32,388 bases of DNA from Promethearchaeota archaeon (lineage in GTDB: Archaea > Asgardarchaeota > Lokiarchaeia > Sigyniarchaeales > SOKP01): NCBI GenBank assembly GCA_048938025.1, contig JBHLMP010000043.1, positions 1-32,388 of the forward strand. Direction: 5' to 3'. Each line of letters starts with the position of its first letter. The stretch's first letter is position 1. Position numbers and translations under genes: made by a program. The notes under the pieces are model-generated. The model was not told the DNA's origin, ran no database searches, and saw nothing but the letters and a program-made list of their open reading frames with translations. This document shows positions 16,943 to 24,861 of the stretch, in pieces.

Positions 16943-17449
16943 ATGAGTATAGATTTTGAATTTCGAAAACAAATTATGGATTTTCATATTGGGTCTGATT
17001 TAATCAAATACTGTTATCAATGCAGTCGTTGTGCTGATAATTGCCCCGTTACAAAAGTCACAAGTGATTTTTATACAACAACTGGATATAACCCAAGGCA
17101 GAATATTTTGAATGCTTTATTGGGTTATAAAGAAGCAATTTTTTCAGAAGATCCCTTAATTATTTGGGGTTGTACTGTATGTGATACTTGTGATGAGGTT
17201 TGTCCGCAAAATATAGAATTGACAGAAATATTTACACTATTAAAGAATCAATCTATTGAGCAAGGGAAAGGTCCAGATTTTATATATTCTCAAGCTCAGG
17301 CGATATTTGATAGTGCCAAAGCAATTCCTTCACAACCTGCGATTGAGAGAAGAAGAGAGCAAATGGGACTACCTGCGGTTGTTGCACCAGATATCCATGA
17401 GTTGCAAACTCTATTGAGAAATATTGGAACACATAAAAAATTAAAATAA
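16943..17449 (+). CDS. hdrC: Heterodisulfide reductase subunit C
   Basis: CYQCSRCADNCP and WGCTVCDTCDEVCPQ 2x[4Fe-4S] motifs; directly upstream of hdrB. Confidence 0.92.
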   Translation: MSIDFEFRKQIMDFHIGSDLIKYCYQCSRCADNCPVTKVTSDFYTTTGYNPRQNILNALLGYKEAIFSEDPLIIWGCTVCDTCDEVCPQNIELTEIFTLLKNQSIEQGKGPDFIYSQAQAIFDSAKAIPSQPAIERRREQMGLPAVVAPDIHELQTLLRNIGTHKKLK

Positions 17450-17458
17450 TTCGAGGGT

Positions 17459-18340
17459 ATGAATAAAATGGCAGAATTTAAAATGTTTGAAGGATGTACG
17501 ATTGGTAATAGAATTCCTTTTATAGAAGCAGCATCTAGAAAAGTCTTTGATAAAGTTGGGATTGAAACTTCTCAAGCACCATTTTCATGTTGCCCAGATC
17601 CTACTGGAATGAAAAGTTTTGATAACAATGCTTGGCTAACTATTGGCGCTAGAAATTTATGCTTAGCTGAAGCTGAAGGAAAAGATATCATATCATTATG
17701 TAACGGGTGTACCAATACTTTACGAGGTGTTAAACATCAACTAAAACATGATTCTTTAAAAAAAGAAAGAATTAATAAAGAATTAGCTAGAATCGGAAAA
17801 GAATTTAAAGGTACTATAGATATAAAACACTTTGTAGATGTATTAAAAGAGAATCTTGATAGAGTTAAAGGATCCATTACAAAACCATTAAATGGTTTAA
17901 AAGTTGCTTGTCATCCTGGATGTCATTATATGCGACCAGCTGAATGGATGGAATCTGATGATCCAATGCGACCAGAAACATTAAAAGAGCTTGTGACTGC
18001 GAGTGGAGCAACTGTAGTGGATTATGATGAGTTAGTTTTATGTTGTGGTTCTGCTGTGACAAATGCATATGAAGAACATGGAATGGCTAATCTAAAGATT
18101 AAGATGGATAGCATTAAAACTGCAGGAGCAGATGTTATCTGTGTAAATTGCCCAGCATGCTTTCAACAATTTGATACAAGACAACGTGATTTATCTAAAA
18201 AATATGAAACCGAATATGATATTCCAGTCTTATATATAACAGAACTATATGCTTTAGCTATGGGTTATAGCGCTGATGAAATTGGCTTAAAATTTCATAG
18301 AACCCGCTTGAAATCCATTTTAGAGAAATATGGTTTGTAA
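17459..18340 (+). CDS. hdrB: Heterodisulfide reductase subunit B
   Basis: Two CCG domains: GC..CCPDP..CNGC and HPGCH..CCG..CPACFQQFD. Confidence 0.95.
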   Translation: MNKMAEFKMFEGCTIGNRIPFIEAASRKVFDKVGIETSQAPFSCCPDPTGMKSFDNNAWLTIGARNLCLAEAEGKDIISLCNGCTNTLRGVKHQLKHDSLKKERINKELARIGKEFKGTIDIKHFVDVLKENLDRVKGSITKPLNGLKVACHPGCHYMRPAEWMESDDPMRPETLKELVTASGATVVDYDELVLCCGSAVTNAYEEHGMANLKIKMDSIKTAGADVICVNCPACFQQFDTRQRDLSKKYETEYDIPVLYITELYALAMGYSADEIGLKFHRTRLKSILEKYGL

Positions 18341-18555
18341 GTTCTAAATTTATTAAATTTACTAATTTTTTTTTATTTTATTTTTCTTAAACTTAATGGG
18401 TTAACTATACTTATTATAGTAGTTGTTAAATCTTTTTGTTTATAATGTAAAACGTATGTAAAGTTTAAATAATACCAAATAAAATTATAAATAGCTTTTT
18501 CATTTTTTTCAATTAAAATAAGAATATAATAAAATTATGATTAAAAGATAAAAGC

Positions 18556-19362
18556 ATGTCATTATACAACTTAAAACGCGATCCGTCATGGTTTTTTTCG
18601 TATATTGAGAATTATTATCATTTATTTTTGGATATAAAATTTGATAATAAAGTTGTTTCTAACGCAGTTATTAATTTTTCAATGGATCTGGGTTTACAGG
18701 GTTATGAAGGATTGCTCTTTTACATTTATAAACCACATTCTAAGAAAATAAAATTTGATCTGATTAAACACTCAATTGATCAAACACATCATATTGCTAA
18801 TTTACCTTATGATTTAAGTGAGAGTCCTATAAATTCACTAGATTTAATTATCATTCCATTTGGATACTTTAAAGATGAACATAAATTAACCTTATCTATC
18901 CTATCTGAAAAATCAGAAGCAGGTTTTGAAATATATGCTTGGTCACCGTCAAGTCTCTATAAACATGTGAAATCAGTTATTAGAATTGGTAATCAATATA
19001 ATGAATTAATTCCTATTGCAGATTATGAGGGATATTATTTTCAAACAGATAGTGCTTTTAAAGGAAATGAGACTGGACGCCTTTTTGATCTAATAAATTT
19101 GCTTATGGAAATTGATAATAGTATAGATGAATTTACTAATGAACCAATAGTTGAGCCAATGGATTCAGACATGAAAGCTCTAGTTAAAAAGAGTAATGAA
19201 TTCTTATTTGAACTCTGTCAAACATCTGTTCCATTAGAAATAAAAAATTTACTACGAGAATTAGAAAGATTAAAATTTAATATAGATAGTTTATCAAAAG
19301 AAGAAATATTTAATTGGATTGATGATTTAATTACTTTCTATTCAGGAAAACCTGAAAAATAG
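18556..19362 (+). CDS. Hypothetical soluble protein
   Basis: 268-aa ORF in AT-rich DNA; no motif recognised. Confidence 0.7.
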   Translation: MSLYNLKRDPSWFFSYIENYYHLFLDIKFDNKVVSNAVINFSMDLGLQGYEGLLFYIYKPHSKKIKFDLIKHSIDQTHHIANLPYDLSESPINSLDLIIIPFGYFKDEHKLTLSILSEKSEAGFEIYAWSPSSLYKHVKSVIRIGNQYNELIPIADYEGYYFQTDSAFKGNETGRLFDLINLLMEIDNSIDEFTNEPIVEPMDSDMKALVKKSNEFLFELCQTSVPLEIKNLLRELERLKFNIDSLSKEEIFNWIDDLITFYSGKPEK

Positions 19363-19404
19363 TTGTTTTGTAAAATAAATTAAAATAAAGTAAAGATCAT
19401 TCAT

Positions 19405-19956
19405 TCACTTTTTCTTAATTTTTGTTATAAGTAGAATAATTAGTGCTAGAACAAAGAAAATAATAGCTGCTATTAAAAATCCAAACTTAATTGTTGCACT
19501 TAAAGAAGCAATAAATGAATTAGTAGATGAAACTGATGTTGGTGTGTCTAACATTAAGAGTAAATTGATATTCTCAATTACATCAAATAATCCTGAAGTC
19601 GTACCTAATAGGGTTATAATTATCCCCCAATTTTGCAGTTTTCCATTTAATCTTCTTGAAACTAATAAATTGAGCCCAAAAGCAATGAATACATATCCAA
19701 TAATGAATATAAAATCCCAATATATTGCTAAAGTTTGATTAGTTCTTCCATTAGATCCCCACGCAAAAAGGATTGCTTCAGCCCTTTCTGAAGACCATGC
19801 AAATTCGAAATCTATGATTCCATAATCATTCAAAGTTGCTTCAATTGGAATAAAAACTAGAAGATAAATTAGAATAACGATAACAACACCGATAATAGTA
19901 GTTAATGTCAATAATTTGTCCTTAGGAGTTCTCTTTAATTTATTTAAAAGCACCAT
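19405..19956 (-). CDS. Hypothetical membrane protein (4 TM helices)
   Basis: Four hydrophobic segments with DFIFIIGY and FDVIEN polar motifs. Confidence 0.75.
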   Translation of the reverse strand: MVLLNKLKRTPKDKLLTLTTIIGVVIVILIYLLVFIPIEATLNDYGIIDFEFAWSSERAEAILFAWGSNGRTNQTLAIYWDFIFIIGYVFIAFGLNLLVSRRLNGKLQNWGIIITLLGTTSGLFDVIENINLLLMLDTPTSVSSTNSFIASLSATIKFGFLIAAIIFFVLALIILLITKIKKK

Positions 19957-20121
19957 AAATCACTCTTTACAGAATAATAAGTTCTAAACTAAATAATAAA
20001 TTATTATTGTTTTCATTATATATTAAGATTAAAATCTTCTCTTTTCAAAGTTAATCAATAATTTTATTTTATCTTAATTATTATAATTATAATATAACTT
20101 TACATTCATTTGAAATAAATA

Positions 20122-20364
20122 ATGTGCCTTGCTATACCTGGAAAGATCTTAGAAATAAATGATAATTTCGCCCTAGTTGATTTTAACGGTATTGAGCAAA
20201 ATATAATTATCGCATTAATCCAAAATCCAGAAGTAGGAAAGTATGTCATAGTTCATGCAGGGTATGCAATTGAACAAATGAATGAGAAAGATGCGTTAGA
20301 AGCTATAGAGCAATGGAAAGAACTAGCTCAAGATCAGGATTTAAATCTTGAAGATATCTTATAG
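20122..20364 (+). CDS. hypC: Hydrogenase assembly chaperone HypC/HupF
   Basis: MCLAIPGKI N-terminus, VGKYVIVHAGYAI. Confidence 0.97.
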   Translation: MCLAIPGKILEINDNFALVDFNGIEQNIIIALIQNPEVGKYVIVHAGYAIEQMNEKDALEAIEQWKELAQDQDLNLEDIL

Positions 20365-21162
20365 ATCAAACAATTCCTTTTTCAATTTTTTTAACTTTGC
20401 ATACAAATTTTTTAATGAGTCAATTGCTTTTGAATTTGGGTTAAATTCTAATGGGGATATTCCATTTAAATCTGCCTTACCTATCTCTGAATCAAATGGA
20501 ATTGAGTGATAGAGCGGTATTTCCCATTTTTGGACTCTCTTATTAATTATGTCTAACTGAGATTGATCTAATATCTTATTAGCTACTAAAAAAATATTTA
20601 TGATTCCTAATTTTTTTGATAATTCTATAATTTTTGAACTAAGATCTAATGATTTTTGAGATGGCTCAGAAACAACTAACATAACATCTATCCCCTTTGC
20701 AGTACCTCGTCCTAAATGTTCTAAACCTGCTTCAAAATCGACAATAACAATTTCATCTCTCTTAACAAACAAATTATATAATAAAGTTCTAATTAAAGCA
20801 TTTTCTGGGCATAGACACCCTGTTGCAGGTTCTTCAATAGATCCAAGAACAAGTAATTGTAACCCGTCAGGTCCATTAACTTTAAACTTATCAGGAATAT
20901 CAGAAACCTCTGGATTAATGTTATATACACCTGGACCAGCACCTAGAACTGATGTTCTCTCTTGAATCATTTCTTTCATTTCTGAGATAGGAATTAAATT
21001 TTCTTTAATTTCTTGGCTAATCCCTAATGTATAACTTAAATTCATAGCAGAATCGTTATCAATAGCTAAAACTTTAAAGCCATCTTTGGCAAATAATCGT
21101 GATAAAATTCCAGCAATTAAAGTTTTACCAACTCCACCTTTTCCTGAGACCGCAATTTTCAT
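20359..21162 (-). CDS. cooC: CooC/AcsF-type nickel-insertion ATPase (MinD/SIMIBI family)
   Basis: GKGGVGKT deviant Walker A, GCLCP metal motif, DFEAGLEHLGRGTA. Confidence 0.9.
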   Translation of the reverse strand: MKIAVSGKGGVGKTLIAGILSRLFAKDGFKVLAIDNDSAMNLSYTLGISQEIKENLIPISEMKEMIQERTSVLGAGPGVYNINPEVSDIPDKFKVNGPDGLQLLVLGSIEEPATGCLCPENALIRTLLYNLFVKRDEIVIVDFEAGLEHLGRGTAKGIDVMLVVSEPSQKSLDLSSKIIELSKKLGIINIFLVANKILDQSQLDIINKRVQKWEIPLYHSIPFDSEIGKADLNGISPLEFNPNSKAIDSLKNLYAKLKKLKKELFDL

Positions 21163-21330
21163 TGTATTTAGTATTTTACTAAATAAAATAAATATTTAGT
21201 TTAGAATTGGAAAAATTATAATTTTGATTATTTAAATTTAATAAGCAATTTGAATATTAATTTATGAATTATTAATTTCCTTAAATAAATAAATTATTAA
21301 AAAAAACTTCTTTTAAAAGGTTGAAAGAAC

Positions 21331-22050
21331 ATTAAAAGCAAATTCTGTGAAAAACATAACCTAAATTATAGTTATATTTGCCCCAAATGTGTTGAACCAT
21401 TTTTAAAAAGAACTCAATTTTTAAATTTAAAGGAGATAAGGCAATATCAGATATTAAATGCCCTAAAGGTTAATTCAAACGATGTTTTAGATAAAATATG
21501 TACATTAGGACTAATTAAGATTAAAATTGTTAAAGATATTGCTTATTCTGGTTTAATAATATATGATTGCAAGGAGAAAGTGATAATCAAATCTTATTTT
21601 AAATCAGATAAACCCAAATTTAGTGAATACTTTCCATCAATTTTATTTCTAACTCAAACAGATATTTTTTTAGATTTAGTTGAAAATATTAAAGAGAAAC
21701 CAGATTGTTATATTATTAATTCAAGTGGTCAAATCCATCCATTCCTGTACGGAGCTGCATGTGATTTTGGTTTAAAAATTAGTACACCAGTTATAGGTTA
21801 TACAAAAAAATTATTATATGGAGTTTTAAGAGTACTGGAAGAAACATCAAACATTCATGAAATTTATTCTAATGATCATTTAATCGGCTATGCTATTCCT
21901 AAACCTAATTCGAAAAAATTTTTTTATATTTCTATTGGGAATAATATATCTCTCAAAACAGTACTTAAAATATTCTTAGAACTTGATTTAAATTTAATTA
22001 GCAAATTGAATTCAAAACTAAGCAATTACATTCAAAATCAAATAAAATAA
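21331..22050 (+). CDS. nfi: Degenerate endonuclease V-family protein with an N-terminal CxxH-x6-CxxC knuckle; start codon uncertain
   Basis: YFPSILFLTQ, IINSSGQIHP, GAACDFG, PVIGYTKKLL and YISIGN match EndoV motifs. The frame is open upstream of the called GTG (21580) back to a TGA at 21322-21324, and this part resembles the EndoV N-terminus. Confidence 0.7.
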   Translation: MKSKFCEKHNLNYSYICPKCVEPFLKRTQFLNLKEIRQYQILNALKVNSNDVLDKICTLGLIKIKIVKDIAYSGLIIYDCKEKVIIKSYFKSDKPKFSEYFPSILFLTQTDIFLDLVENIKEKPDCYIINSSGQIHPFLYGAACDFGLKISTPVIGYTKKLLYGVLRVLEETSNIHEIYSNDHLIGYAIPKPNSKKFFYISIGNNISLKTVLKIFLELDLNLISKLNSKLSNYIQNQIK

Positions 22051-22075
22051 ATAAATTTTGAGTTCTTTGAAAATC

Positions 22076-22339
22076 TTATGTATTTTCCCTTCTCATACAC
22101 TGCATTTTCTTAGAAATTTTCATCATTTCATCAAAAATCCTGTCATTTTCTTCGGGATCATTTGTTTTTAATAATCTTTCATTAAGATCTTTTATATTTA
22201 GTGTTAAATCAATAAATTCTTGTGGTGGTTCTATTTGATAAAAATATTCATTATCTCCCTTCTCGTTTAGTTCTATGTATACCCATTTTCTTTCTTCTTG
22301 AGACCAATTCCAGCGATTAGGTGTGAGTTTTCTCGGCAT
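22076..22339 (-). CDS. Small hypothetical protein
   Basis: 87 aa; Trp-rich N-terminus followed by a helical C-terminus. Confidence 0.65.
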   Translation of the reverse strand: MPRKLTPNRWNWSQEERKWVYIELNEKGDNEYFYQIEPPQEFIDLTLNIKDLNERLLKTNDPEENDRIFDEMMKISKKMQCMRRENT

Positions 22340-22506
22340 TATTTAAAATTTTATAAATAAGTTATTATTTAAATTAAAAATTCATAATATTAGATTAAAT
22401 CTGTTATTAATTATAATTTCTTTAGCGTATTTTTATAACTTTTTTTACTTTCTAATATTAACAGATTAATATTTATTAAACTAATAAAAATAGGTTTTTT
22501 AAGAAA

Positions 22507-23706
22507 TCACTGAGAAAATTCTTTTAATGTTTTTTCAGCAAGTTCTCTAACATCTACATCGGTATCTTTTGAGAGTTTTTCCAATAAATTTTTTAACTCT
22601 TCTCCTTTTTCTTCGAATTTACGTATTGCTTTAATTGAATTATATCTAATTAACCAATCTTTATCATGAATTAGCTTAAGGAATGCGTCATACACTTTTT
22701 TATCTTTTATTTCACTTAAAATTTCTATAACATTTCTTTTTATCTCATTGTTTTGACTACTTAAATTTTTAATAAGGAACTCAATTACATTATCTTTATT
22801 TATTTCATCTAAGAGTTGATACATTTTCATAAAGAGAGAGATTTGATATGATTTAGGTAAATTAGGTGAGACTTTTAATTGATGATAAGACTGATTAGGG
22901 GAAATCAAAACTTTTTTTTCTTTTAAGTTGAATAATGATTGATTTAATTTTTCATTTTCTTTTTGAGAATTTAATAATTTAGCTTTTATTTCTTCAATCT
23001 CTTTTGTACTATCAGCTATTTCTTTTTCTTTTGCTTGTAAATAATTAATCTTAGCCTTATACTCTTCTATTTCTGATGTTAATGCTTCGATTTCTTTATT
23101 TGTTAAATGTAATTTTTCAGATTGGGCTCTTTCATTCGCTTCTTGAATTTGAGCTTTTAAAGTTTCAATTTGCATAAGTAACAATCCATTTTCTTCCATC
23201 AATTGAAAATTCAATTTTTTAGCATCAATTAATTCTTGATTTTCAGCTATATGATCATAATTTTGCCTATTTTCAAGTTGTTCTTTTAAAGATTCAATTT
23301 GAACTTGCTTTTGTTCATTTTCTTCAGTTAATTGAACAATTAATTTTTTGGTGTTTATTAGTTCTTCATTTACTTCAGTTTGAGAATTAACTTTTTTATA
23401 ATTTTCTAATTGAGTTGTTAAATCTTTAATTTGTTGATTTAGAGTGTTAATATCCTTATACCTCTTTACTAAATCTTGTTTTTGGATTGCAATAGTATCT
23501 TTTAACTCTTTAATGTTCTCAGGTGTTTTTTCTTCAAATTCTAAAAGTTTACCTTTTTGATCTTCGATTAATAATTTTTGTTCTTTTATTGTAAAATTTA
23601 ACCTATTAATTTCTTCCTTTAAAACATCTACTGTTTGTTCAAACTCCGCTCGAACTTTATTTTCTTCTTCAACAGTATCAAGTAAATCCTTTATTTCTTT
23701 ACTCAT
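22507..23706 (-). CDS. Long coiled-coil protein with C-terminal HEAT-like repeats
   Basis: About 265 aa of E/K/Q/L heptads, then NEIKRNVIEILSEI, DKDWLIRYNSIKAI, DTDVDVRELAEKTL. Confidence 0.85.
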   Translation of the reverse strand: MSKEIKDLLDTVEEENKVRAEFEQTVDVLKEEINRLNFTIKEQKLLIEDQKGKLLEFEEKTPENIKELKDTIAIQKQDLVKRYKDINTLNQQIKDLTTQLENYKKVNSQTEVNEELINTKKLIVQLTEENEQKQVQIESLKEQLENRQNYDHIAENQELIDAKKLNFQLMEENGLLLMQIETLKAQIQEANERAQSEKLHLTNKEIEALTSEIEEYKAKINYLQAKEKEIADSTKEIEEIKAKLLNSQKENEKLNQSLFNLKEKKVLISPNQSYHQLKVSPNLPKSYQISLFMKMYQLLDEINKDNVIEFLIKNLSSQNNEIKRNVIEILSEIKDKKVYDAFLKLIHDKDWLIRYNSIKAIRKFEEKGEELKNLLEKLSKDTDVDVRELAEKTLKEFSQ

Positions 23707-23941
23707 AGTTTTTATATCAATTATAAATAATTAATAATAGTATCTTATCAATTTATATATAATGAATTGAATTCTAATAATTCTTTACATAATTCAATAA
23801 ATATTTCTTAATTTCTCTTTTTTATACTAATTTCATATATTTCTCCCTAAGGGACTTCTTTGTTAAAATTTTTACTTAGATAGAAATCTTTAAAAAAGAT
23901 ATTAAAATATATTTCAATTGATATAATTAGATGTAAAAAAT

Positions 23942-23947
23942 AGGAGG
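23942..23947 (+). promoter_or_regulatory. Shine-Dalgarno-like site for the acidic microprotein
   Basis: AGGAGG ending 10 nt before the ATG at 23958. Confidence 0.5.
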
Positions 23948-23957
23948 ATTTTATATA

Positions 23958-24149
23958 ATGACGTATGAGGATCATCAAGGAGTAAATAAAGATAAAGAAT
24001 ATAAAGATGATGACAATGAGGACGATGATGACGATGCAGACTGGGAAGACTATGATGATGATGAGGAATTTAATGATGGTGATTGGGATTATGAGGAGGA
24101 GGAGGATGACGATAATTGGGAAGATTATGATAATGATGAGGATTGGTGA
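23958..24149 (+). CDS. Hyperacidic, Trp-repeat microprotein (probably disordered)
   Basis: 63 aa, 37 of them D/E; repeated (D/N)W(E)DY units; mixed GAT/GAC/GAG/GAA codons; upstream AGGAGG. Confidence 0.7.
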   Translation: MTYEDHQGVNKDKEYKDDDNEDDDDDADWEDYDDDEEFNDGDWDYEEEEDDDNWEDYDNDEDW

Positions 24150-24248
24150 GTCTGATATATATACCATTTAAATTTTAGCAAAATAAAATATAAGAACATT
24201 CTAAGTTAATAATTAAGAAAATAATTCGACTCTTTCTACTCCATTATG

Positions 24249-24725
24249 TTATACAATCTGTATTTCCGTAATTTTATCTCCTTGCTGAATTGAATTTACA
24301 ACTTCTTGATCCTTAGAACTTTTTACTTCTCCAAAGATCGTATGTTTATTATTAAGATGTGGTGTTGGGACATGTGTAATAAAGAATTGAGATCCATTGG
24401 TATTGGGTCCAGCATTTGCCATCGCTAAAATCCCTGGCTTATTAAATTTTCTTCCACTCTGAAACTCATCTCTAAAAGGATATGAAATGCTTTGACCCTT
24501 GAATGGAAAGAATGTAATTCCTTTATCTTTTGGACCACCATACCCTTTTCCCAGGGGATCACCACCTTGTATCATAAAATCCGCAATGACTCTATGAAAA
24601 ATTATTCCATTATAGAAGCCCTGTTGTGCTAGATATAAAAAGCTAGAAACAGTTATAGGAGACTCATCATCGAAAAGTCTTAGATTAATATTACCTTTAT
24701 TTGTAATAATACTAATTTCAGTCAT
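24249..24725 (-). CDS. ppiB: Cyclophilin-type peptidyl-prolyl cis-trans isomerase
   Basis: FHRVIADFMIQGGDP, LAMANAGPNTNGSQFFIT, HLNNKHTIFGEV. Confidence 0.95.
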   Translation of the reverse strand: MTEISIITNKGNINLRLFDDESPITVSSFLYLAQQGFYNGIIFHRVIADFMIQGGDPLGKGYGGPKDKGITFFPFKGQSISYPFRDEFQSGRKFNKPGILAMANAGPNTNGSQFFITHVPTPHLNNKHTIFGEVKSSKDQEVVNSIQQGDKITEIQIV

Positions 24726-24861
24726 GTGATTATGAAAAGATATAACATTTTTTAAATTTTTTAACTTTTTTAACTTTTTTATTCAATGAAAAGATTAAAA
24801 ATCATTGTAATAATACCCTTTTATAACCCTCATAAAATTTTTAATTACAGCACATTGAAAA

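Noticed and set aside
8635-19738. Short ORFs 8635-8841, 12340-12678, 14534-14749, 17877-18068, 19544-19738
   Set aside because: Antisense to hypF, hypD, vhuG, hdrB and a membrane protein gene; no independent support.
21322-21324. Sec read-through of the TGA upstream of the EndoV-like frame
   Set aside because: An in-frame TAA lies at 21298-21300 with no start codon between it and the TGA.
23847-24167. 106-aa Ile-rich minus-strand ORF that looks like a membrane protein
   Set aside because: It is the antisense shadow of the GAT/GAG-rich acidic ORF (ATC = Ile). The plus-strand ORF has the SD-like site and patterned Trp motifs.
24748-24780. Short T-run/AAC direct repeats between ppiB and acdAB
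   Set aside because: Low-complexity AT-rich spacer with no CRISPR-like repeat-spacer periodicity.
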